Source of the DNA: a virus
Lineage: Duplodnaviria > Caudoviricetes
DNA length: 25,495 nucleotides
Strand: one strand, 5' to 3'
IMG/VR virus record: IMGVR_UViG_3300031565_000325
Location: 1 to 25,495 of that record
The position numbers and the translations under genes were made by a program. This document shows, piece by piece, positions 17,672 through 24,863 of this stretch (its first letter is position 1; the number at the start of each line of letters is the position of its first letter). Below the pieces are notes generated by a model. The model was given only the letters and a program-made list of their open reading frames with translations. It was not told the DNA's origin and did no database searches.

Positions 17672-20360
17672 AGAAGCGGTTTTTACCGTCAAGGTCAACA
17701 CCGGGAATTCGGTTCAAGACCTTCAAAACGCTGACAAGGCGGTCAATCAACTTGGTAAAGATTTGAAGACCACGCAAGCGACCGCGAAGGACACAAGCGG
17801 AACGGACACAATGGCGCAACGTCTTGCGGACCTTGACGCGAAGCTTGAATCTGGTGGTCTTTCCATGCGCGAAATGACCAAGGTCATGAAGGAATATCAA
17901 ACGATCGCTTTGCAAACGGGTTCACAATCGCCAATCGGTGACCAAGCGACAAGGAAAGCTTCAGCGCTTGCAGACCAGATAACCGATATTAACACACGAA
18001 CGAAATTACTTTCCAGCGATACGATAAAACTTGACACCGCTTTAGCTGGCGCGAATGTCGGCGCACAAGCGTTTATGGGTGTTCAAAGCGCCATGGCGTT
18101 GACTGGTGTTGAAAATGAGAATCTAATCAAGTCAATGCAAAAACTTCAAGCGGTTCAAGGCGTTGTGAATTCAGTTAGCGCAATCACGAACGCGCTGAAC
18201 AAAGACGCGATTCTTGGAATCCAGCTTCGAACGGCGTGGGAAAAACTGAAGAATTCATCCTTCGTTCAAGGAACAACGGCAACGACCGCACAAACAACCG
18301 CGACGGTTGCACAAACAACGGCGACGGTTGCAAGTTCAACAGCGACGGCAACCGCTGTGACTGGATTGAAATTATTTCGCCTTGCGTTGGTGTCCACTGG
18401 AATCGGTGCGATTGTCATTGGTCTTGGATTGTTAATTGCCAACTTCGACAAGGTGTCCGCGTTCGTCTTGAAGGCGCGTGACGAATTTGAAAAACTTGGT
18501 CCGGGTGTAAAGATTGCCGTCGGATATGCCGTCCTTGCGTTCGCGCCGTTGATTGCTGTGATTTACGGCGTTGTGAAGGCGCTTGAATACTTCGGTGTCG
18601 TGGACGACGCGCAAACCGCGAAGATGAAAAAGAACGCACAATCGCATACCGAAACCGTTGTGAAAAGCGCGGACAAGCGAGCGAAGGCAATCAAGAAGGA
18701 ACAAGACGCAACCGACGCGAAATATACGCACGAAATCAACATGGCGAAAGCTTCAGGCAAAGACACTTATCAAATGGAATTGATGAAGGCGAAAGCGCAC
18801 CTGAAAACTGGACGCGTTTTCCTTGAAGTTCAAAAATCTAAAATGAAAGCAATTCAAGCGGAAATGGAATTGTTGCTTCAAAATGAAGACGAAGATTCCG
18901 ACCGCTACAAAGCTTTGAAAAAACGACTTGAAGATTCAAAGAAAATAATCGGTGACACTTACAAGGACAATGTCGCAACCAAGAACGCCATTGAAGTCAT
19001 GATTGCGGAACACAACCACGAGGTTCAAAAACAAGCGAACGACAACGCAAAGAAAGCGTTCGACACGGCGCAAAAGAATCGTGAAAAAATTCAACAAGCA
19101 CAAGCGCAAGCGGACGAGAAAAGCAAAGAAGATTTAAGAAAACACAACATTCAAATGATTGCCGAAGAAGAAGCGCGTGACGAAGCAATTCGACGTTCGA
19201 AAATGTCCGCGCGTGATTTGGAATTATCCGACATTCAAGACGAGTATTTTCAGAAACGAACACAAGCGGAACAACTTGGTGAAGAAGGGAAAGAACTTGT
19301 CGCAAAATTAACCGCTGAAGAAGAAACGAAAAAAGCTGAAGTTCGAAAGAAATACGCGGACGCTGAATTGAAAGCTGAAGCGGATCGTGAAGCAAAGCGA
19401 CGTGAACGACAAAAATTCCTGAATGACATTCTTTTGGACGACCAAGAAAAAGCGCTTGCGGGCTTGAACCAGACAACCGAAGACGCGAAAAAACAATTAC
19501 TTCGTCGATTGAATTCCACGGATGAAAACGAACGAATCACGAAGGAACAGCACGACCTTGCGTTGATTGCGCTGGAACAAAAGAAAATTGACAAGATTGA
19601 AGAAATCAATAAAACGGCAACGGAAAAGCGGAATGAAGAAGCAATAAAAGAACGCGAAGAAGCGTTGAAAAACGTCACGAAATTTCTTGAAGATTCTCAA
19701 ATGGTTCTTGACCATGTGAAGACGGTTGACGCCTTAATGGATGAAATTGACCAAGCGCGATTGAACAAGATTGAAGGACGACGCGAAGAAGACCTTGCGA
19801 ACCTTGACGCGAAAATGCAAGCGGAACTTAACGCCGAAGGAATAACAGCGGAACAAAAGAAACAAATCGAAGAAAAGTTCGCACAACAAAAATATCAAGT
19901 TCAGCTTCAGGCGTACAACGCCGAGGAAAAAATAAAGAAGGCGCAATTCAACCGGGACAAAGCAATCAAACTTGGTCAAGTCGCAATCGACACCGCGTCC
20001 GCAATCGTGAAAGCAATCGCACAATTCGGACCACCACCGTCACCGCTTGGAATCGCTGGAATCGCGTCGGCTGGTGTCATCGGTGTGACGCAAGCGCTTG
20101 CAATCGCGAACCAACAATATAAGTCGGGTTCAGCACCAAGCGCGCCGAACTTTTCAACCGCTGGTGGTGGCGCGTCCGCTGGCGCAAGCGCGTCTTCATT
20201 CACGTCTTCGAACACTGGTGGAACGTCAACGGCTGGCTTGACTGGTGAACAAGGCGCGACGACAAGCAACATTCCGACGTCACAAGTGTTTGTTCTGGAA
20301 AGCGACATTTCAGCGACGCAAAACAAAGTCAAGCTTCAGGAATCCAAAACAAGTTTTTGA
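17661..20360 (+). CDS. Tape measure protein
   Basis: 899 aa; Ala/Lys/Glu coiled coils, central hydrophobic segments, C-terminal VFVLESDISATQ. Confidence 0.85.
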   Translation: MANKEAVFTVKVNTGNSVQDLQNADKAVNQLGKDLKTTQATAKDTSGTDTMAQRLADLDAKLESGGLSMREMTKVMKEYQTIALQTGSQSPIGDQATRKASALADQITDINTRTKLLSSDTIKLDTALAGANVGAQAFMGVQSAMALTGVENENLIKSMQKLQAVQGVVNSVSAITNALNKDAILGIQLRTAWEKLKNSSFVQGTTATTAQTTATVAQTTATVASSTATATAVTGLKLFRLALVSTGIGAIVIGLGLLIANFDKVSAFVLKARDEFEKLGPGVKIAVGYAVLAFAPLIAVIYGVVKALEYFGVVDDAQTAKMKKNAQSHTETVVKSADKRAKAIKKEQDATDAKYTHEINMAKASGKDTYQMELMKAKAHLKTGRVFLEVQKSKMKAIQAEMELLLQNEDEDSDRYKALKKRLEDSKKIIGDTYKDNVATKNAIEVMIAEHNHEVQKQANDNAKKAFDTAQKNREKIQQAQAQADEKSKEDLRKHNIQMIAEEEARDEAIRRSKMSARDLELSDIQDEYFQKRTQAEQLGEEGKELVAKLTAEEETKKAEVRKKYADAELKAEADREAKRRERQKFLNDILLDDQEKALAGLNQTTEDAKKQLLRRLNSTDENERITKEQHDLALIALEQKKIDKIEEINKTATEKRNEEAIKEREEALKNVTKFLEDSQMVLDHVKTVDALMDEIDQARLNKIEGRREEDLANLDAKMQAELNAEGITAEQKKQIEEKFAQQKYQVQLQAYNAEEKIKKAQFNRDKAIKLGQVAIDTASAIVKAIAQFGPPPSPLGIAGIASAGVIGVTQALAIANQQYKSGSAPSAPNFSTAGGGASAGASASSFTSSNTGGTSTAGLTGEQGATTSNIPTSQVFVLESDISATQNKVKLQESKTSF
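18279..18348 (+). repeat. About 3.3 degenerate 21-bp tandem units encoding ATVAQTT-like heptads
   Basis: GCAACGACCGCACAAACAACC / GCGACGGTTGCACAAACAACG / GCGACGGTTGCAAGTTCAACA. Confidence 0.75.
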
Positions 20361-20991
20361 TCCACGAACGACCGCGCGTTGTCAAGAATGAATCGGACGT
20401 TGAAAAACAACCATACGTCCGAAGTAGTTCTTCAGCTTTGGGAATGTTTTCCTTTGCAAGCTTGACGTTGTGACCTTTGCGAATGAATTCAGGCAAGTTC
20501 ATGTTCAAGTAAATTGATTTGATAAAATGGTTGTATCTTTTCCATTCAATCAGTTCAAAGATTTCAAGCAACTTGTCGGAATCCATTAACACTGGTGAAT
20601 GTGTTTCGAAATTCCACAACGGGCGTTCGTAATACTTCAAGAATTCAATCGTGTTAAACATTGCTTCACGGTAGTGTGACGGGTGTCGTGGATTCAATTC
20701 AAATTCACCAATATGAATCGGAATGTCGGCGCGAAGTTTTGGCGTGATATAAAAGTCGTCGTTCATGTAGATGAATTGACCACCACGTTCACGGGCAAAC
20801 GTCAACATTTTGTTCGTCACGTCCGCGCCACGAATGTTGTTCAGCTGTGGACAAGGAATGTTGTCAACGGTCGCGACCTTGTCGCCAACGGTAACGATGT
20901 GCGCTTCAGGGAACGACATACGAATGAATCGGATTGATTGTTGAATGTCGAAGTCATCGCGACTTCTTCGGTAGGGGAATACAAATGTCAT
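20329..20991 (-). CDS. Stealth-family (CR2/CR3) sugar-phosphotransferase-like protein
   Basis: DIQQSIRFI...IVTVG, FIYMNDDFY, ETHSPVLMD motifs; only credible minus-strand gene. Confidence 0.75.
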   Translation of the reverse strand: MTFVFPYRRSRDDFDIQQSIRFIRMSFPEAHIVTVGDKVATVDNIPCPQLNNIRGADVTNKMLTFARERGGQFIYMNDDFYITPKLRADIPIHIGEFELNPRHPSHYREAMFNTIEFLKYYERPLWNFETHSPVLMDSDKLLEIFELIEWKRYNHFIKSIYLNMNLPEFIRKGHNVKLAKENIPKAEELLRTYGCFSTSDSFLTTRGRSWIKNLFWIPEA

Positions 20992-21010
20992 CGAACAAAT
21001 TTACATATTA
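20992..21010 (+). promoter_or_regulatory. Putative late promoter motif, copy 3 (before protease)
   Basis: CGAACA-AATTT-ACATATTA, 7 nt before ATG 21018. Confidence 0.7.
20996..21003 (-). promoter_or_regulatory. Bacteroidota -7 box for the Stealth gene (leaderless)
   Basis: Minus strand reads TAAATTTG-TTCG-ATG. Confidence 0.65.
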
Positions 21011-21017
21011 TAATAAC

Positions 21018-21923
21018 ATGAGAAAAGATTTACCAGTTTACGAAATCATGATTGACTTGAACGATCCAGAAACGACCGTTTCATTCAATTCATTGGTTGA
21101 ATTTCCAGCGCATGAAAAGAACTTCGAAATGTTTGGAAAGAAAGTCAAGTACGAATTCAACGAAGAACAACAAGTCGTCACCGGGATTGCGATTTCAGCG
21201 GACACACCGATATATCGATACGACGACCAAAGCAAAGAAGAATACTATGTTGTCTTCACGAAGGATTCAATTCGCGACATCGTGCTTGATTACGCACGTC
21301 GGAACAATTTCAACAACGTGAATCTTGACCACAATCCACACAAGGTCGTTGACGGCGTGTTCATGATAATGTCATATCAAATTGACAATGAACGCGGATT
21401 CACCGCACCCGAACGATTCAAGGACGCGAACGACGGTTCATGGTTGGTGTCTTATAAGGTAACGGACAAAGCGTTGTTTGAAAAAGCAAAGAACGGTGAA
21501 TTCAATGGCTTCAGTATTGAAGGCGTGTTCACCTTGCTTGAAACGGACAAGACCAAGGAAAGCGAATTCAACGCAATCTTGAAAGAAGTGGAACTTTGGA
21601 AAAGAAACATCGAACGAATTCGAATGTTCAACGACTATCCTGAAGCGGTATCGAACAACGCAAAACGCGGAATCGAATTGAACGAAAAGAACGGAAACAA
21701 ATGTGCGACAAGGGTTGGTCGTTTACGCGCGACCACCTTGGCGAATCGCGACACGGTATCGTTGCAAGTCATCAAAAGAATGTATTCGTATTTGTCACGC
21801 GCCGAAGCTTATTACAACGAAAGCGACACGTCCGCTTGTGGAACAATTTCATTCTTGTTGTGGGGTGGCAAAGCTGGACTTCGTTGGTCGGAATCTAAAT
21901 TGAAGGAACTTGGTGAAATCTAA
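21018..21923 (+). CDS. XkdF-like prohead serine protease with an extra C-terminal domain
   Basis: NLDHN, GSWLVSYKV, FNGFSIEG; start moved to ATG 21018. Confidence 0.8.
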   Translation: MRKDLPVYEIMIDLNDPETTVSFNSLVEFPAHEKNFEMFGKKVKYEFNEEQQVVTGIAISADTPIYRYDDQSKEEYYVVFTKDSIRDIVLDYARRNNFNNVNLDHNPHKVVDGVFMIMSYQIDNERGFTAPERFKDANDGSWLVSYKVTDKALFEKAKNGEFNGFSIEGVFTLLETDKTKESEFNAILKEVELWKRNIERIRMFNDYPEAVSNNAKRGIELNEKNGNKCATRVGRLRATTLANRDTVSLQVIKRMYSYLSRAEAYYNESDTSACGTISFLLWGGKAGLRWSESKLKELGEI

Positions 21924-21928
21924 ATTCT

Positions 21929-21947
21929 CGAACACGATTACATAATA
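21929..21947 (+). promoter_or_regulatory. Putative late promoter motif, copy 4 (before scaffold/capsid)
   Basis: CGAACA-CGATT-ACATAATA, intergenic, 14 nt before ATG 21962. Confidence 0.7.
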
Positions 21948-21961
21948 TAAAAAACAAACAA

Positions 21962-22714
21962 ATGAACGCTTACGAAAAAGTCATGAACGAACTTGGAAAA
22001 ATCAAGTCAATGTTCGAAACGGCAACCGAAGAAAATGTTCAAGAAACATTTGAAACGGCTACACTCTTGGACGGTGAAACAACCATTGAATTTGATTCGC
22101 TTGAAGCTGGTCAACAAGTTTTCATCGTAACCGACGACGGTCGAATTCCAGCACCTGAAGGAACACACGCACTTGGTGGCGAGTACACTGGTGTCACAAT
22201 CACCGTGGACGCGGACGGATTCATTTCCGAAGTTACCGACGAACGTGGAACTGAAGAAGTAACACCAGAAGAAACAAGCGCCGAATTCGAAGCGGTGTCC
22301 GCTGACATTTTACCTGAAGTTTTAGAAGGTGTAACGGAAATAATCGCGACCGAACTTGGTCTTGAAATGGGACAAGCTTACGACGTTGCAAGCGCCGTGA
22401 TTACCAAGATAAACGAAATGACTTCAAGCGAAGAACCAGCAATGGTTGAAGAATCAATGTCCGCTGAAGCTATTGAAGGAATAATCAATGGAAAACTATC
22501 AACCTTGACAACTACTTTCGAAGCGGTTGTTGAAAGCTTGAAAAGTATTTCCGACGACAACGCGTCACTTCGAAGTGAAATCGCGTCTTTGAAAGCTGAC
22601 TTCGAAAGCTTCAAGGCAATGCCTTCGAATGAAACAAAAGAAAACGAAAAGTTTTCACGAGCTGGCAACTTGACTGCTAAACAACAATTTTTGAAACAAT
22701 ATAAAAACCTATAA
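21962..22714 (+). CDS. Capsid scaffolding-like protein
   Basis: Very acidic, C-terminal coiled coil, lies between protease and capsid; PAPEGTHAL motif. Confidence 0.7.
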   Translation: MNAYEKVMNELGKIKSMFETATEENVQETFETATLLDGETTIEFDSLEAGQQVFIVTDDGRIPAPEGTHALGGEYTGVTITVDADGFISEVTDERGTEEVTPEETSAEFEAVSADILPEVLEGVTEIIATELGLEMGQAYDVASAVITKINEMTSSEEPAMVEESMSAEAIEGIINGKLSTLTTTFEAVVESLKSISDDNASLRSEIASLKADFESFKAMPSNETKENEKFSRAGNLTAKQQFLKQYKNL

Positions 22715-22716
22715 AA

Positions 22717-23676
22717 ATGTCTATTAAAAAGTACGTAAAATCGAATTTCGATTATGATGTGACTGGATTGTCACCATACGTTGACGACCAACGCGAAGAC
22801 CTTATTCACCGTTCGGTAACCGAAGCACAAACACTTGGTTACATTGCGATTCAACAAGGAATCAAAGGAACTGAAGACCTAAAATTGTTAAACGATTCAA
22901 TCGTTTATCAAAGTGGTGATTGTTCAATGTCACCTTCAGGCGACACCGTGTTCACGGATCGTCAAATTTCCGTTGAAACAATCGGTTACTTGAAGAAGTT
23001 TTGTCAAAAAGACCTTGCTGGATTCTGGACACAATTAGCACTTCGTCCGGGTGCAATGGCTGAAGACAAGACCTTACCATTCGAGCAAATCTTAATTAAC
23101 TACTTATTAGAGTTACACGCGTTCGAATTAGAGAAATTAATTTGGCAAGGTAACAAATTAAGTGGTGCTGGTAACTTGGCTTTCATGAACGGATTCAATC
23201 AATTCTTAACGGTATTGAACGGATGTGTTGACTTGAATGTTTCTGGTGCGACGTCAATCGACGCAACCAACGCGTTCGATATTTTCTACGAAGCGTTCGA
23301 GAACACACCAGCAAACGTTGCTGAAGGTGCTGACTTCATTTGCTTCACTGGTCGCGAGAACTTCAACTTCTTATTGAAGAACTTGGTTGACTTAAATATG
23401 TTCAACTACAATCCAGCGCAAATCGCAACCATGAATGAAATCCTTTTACCGGGAACAAACATGAGAATCGTTAAAGTTAACGGATTGAACGGAACGACTA
23501 AAATTTACACTGGTCGCGCTTCACATTTCTACTTCGGAACTGACTTATCAAGTGATTTCGAAAGCTACGACTTGTGGTATTCTTTCGACGACGATGTGAT
23601 TTATTTACGTTCTAAATTCCGCGCTGGTGTTCAAGTACCTTTCTTGAACCAAGTGGGAACATTCGAAGGACTATAA
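22717..23676 (+). CDS. Major capsid protein
   Basis: 319 aa after the scaffold; EKLIWQG..NGF pattern typical of HK97-fold MCPs of this group. Confidence 0.85.
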   Translation: MSIKKYVKSNFDYDVTGLSPYVDDQREDLIHRSVTEAQTLGYIAIQQGIKGTEDLKLLNDSIVYQSGDCSMSPSGDTVFTDRQISVETIGYLKKFCQKDLAGFWTQLALRPGAMAEDKTLPFEQILINYLLELHAFELEKLIWQGNKLSGAGNLAFMNGFNQFLTVLNGCVDLNVSGATSIDATNAFDIFYEAFENTPANVAEGADFICFTGRENFNFLLKNLVDLNMFNYNPAQIATMNEILLPGTNMRIVKVNGLNGTTKIYTGRASHFYFGTDLSSDFESYDLWYSFDDDVIYLRSKFRAGVQVPFLNQVGTFEGL

Positions 23677-23687
23677 TTAAACAACAA

Positions 23688-23719
23688 TTAACGGCGCATT
23701 TCGGTGCGCCATTTGTTAA
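23688..23719 (+). terminator. Intergenic UUCG hairpin (weak terminator or mRNA-stabilising stem)
   Basis: GGCGCAT-TTCG-GTGCGCC, extendable by TTAAC/GTTAA; poor U tract. Confidence 0.55.
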
Positions 23720-23739
23720 ACCTAAAAAAATAAAAAATT

Positions 23740-24273
23740 ATGTCTTGTAATATGACAACCGGGTACAACGATAGAACGTGTACCAACGGGAAAGGCGGAA
23801 TAAAAAGTGTGTTGTTGTTTCCTTTGGGTGCGACTTCAGGCGCTGTTGTTAATGGTGCAAATGAATTGACTGCTTTGACCGTAACTGGTGAAACATTCCT
23901 TTACAAATTAAAGTCAAACTTATCAAGCTACACCGCACCAGTTCGCGTTGACAAGAACAACGGGACTTTGTGGTACGAACACGAATTGTCAATGATCCTT
24001 GCAAGTGATTCAAAAGAATTGCGTGCTGAAATTCACTTACTTGCACAAAACGAATGTGTTTGTTTGGTGGAAAACGCTGACGGGACAATCGTGGCGCTTG
24101 GTCTTGGTGAAGGTCTTCAGGTTGCTGACGCTAACGAATACACTTCAGGCGTATTGAAAAGCGACCGAAAAGGTCATGTGATTGTAATGCGAGGAATGGA
24201 AAACGACGAAGTTCCAGATGTGAACGCGACGCTTTATTCTACATTGTTAGGTCAACAATCACCTTCAATCTAA
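23740..24273 (+). CDS. Major tail tube protein
   Basis: MSC...CTNGKGGIKSV N-terminus, NGTLWYEHEL; 177 aa. Confidence 0.65.
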   Translation: MSCNMTTGYNDRTCTNGKGGIKSVLLFPLGATSGAVVNGANELTALTVTGETFLYKLKSNLSSYTAPVRVDKNNGTLWYEHELSMILASDSKELRAEIHLLAQNECVCLVENADGTIVALGLGEGLQVADANEYTSGVLKSDRKGHVIVMRGMENDEVPDVNATLYSTLLGQQSPSI

Positions 24274-24292
24274 TTTTAACTACCGCAATTTT

Positions 24293-24325
24293 AAGGGGAT
24301 GGGCGTTGTCCCGTCCCTTTTTTTT
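24293..24325 (+). terminator. Rho-independent terminator
   Basis: AAGGGGATGGG-CGTTGT-CCCGTCCCTTT ending in T8. Confidence 0.9.
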
Positions 24326-24336
24326 GTTTAATTTAG
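24306..24336 (+). promoter_or_regulatory. Possible sigmaA-type promoter overlapping the terminator (leaderless)
   Basis: TTG (24306-24308)-20 nt-TAATTTAG (24329-24336)-TCGC-ATG. Confidence 0.5.
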
Positions 24337-24340
24337 TCGC

Positions 24341-24583
24341 ATGGAAATTAAAAAAGAATTTATCGGTTGCAAATGTTGGTCACCAACTATGGAACGATAC
24401 GTCAAAATTGAAGCGGACAAAGGTGATTTATATTTGTCGCTTGGAATCCTTGACATTTACGAATTTGAGAAACCGAACCTTGTAAAAAAAGACAATGTTA
24501 AAAATACAAAAAAACGGAACAACACCGCTGGTGGTAACGGTGACGGAAATGACAACAATTCCGAATCCGAACTACCTATTTGA
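24341..24583 (+). CDS. Small hypothetical protein
   Basis: ATG 4 nt after a -7-like box; C-terminal third overlaps the next gene. Confidence 0.6.
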   Translation: MEIKKEFIGCKCWSPTMERYVKIEADKGDLYLSLGILDIYEFEKPNLVKKDNVKNTKKRNNTAGGNGDGNDNNSESELPI

Positions 24584-24863
24584 ATTCATTCATGAACAAT
24601 CGTTCAACACGCAAACGTGTGTCTTGAACAACATTTCACAAGGCGTTCCGCGTTACGATGAATTTGTCTTGGTTGACGGCGTCGATGTGTCTTTCATTTA
24701 CGACGGCTTTTATATTTACAACATTTACCAACAATCTTCACCAGCGAATCTTGATCCAGTGAACGCGCAAGGACTTGTCGAAACGGGACGCGCTCATGTG
24801 ATTGAAGCGGATTCACCAAGTTACGAATACGATTCACCGATTTATTTCAATATATATGAATAA
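24495..24863 (+). CDS. Virion-associated beta-rich protein (possible head closure/adaptor)
   Basis: NYLFEF, RYDEF, GFYIYNIYQQSS..NLDP..VETG; directly precedes the portal. Confidence 0.55.
   Translation: MLKIQKNGTTPLVVTVTEMTTIPNPNYLFEFIHEQSFNTQTCVLNNISQGVPRYDEFVLVDGVDVSFIYDGFYIYNIYQQSSPANLDPVNAQGLVETGRAHVIEADSPSYEYDSPIYFNIYE

Noticed and set aside
18236-20332. Many alternative-frame and minus-strand ORFs over the tape measure gene (and similar shadows elsewhere)
   Set aside because: Expected shadows of a biased coding strand with few TTA/CTA codons; no motifs or expression signals
20934-21017. TTG-start extension of the protease
   Set aside because: Overlaps the Stealth gene start and the promoter elements; ATG 21018 preferred
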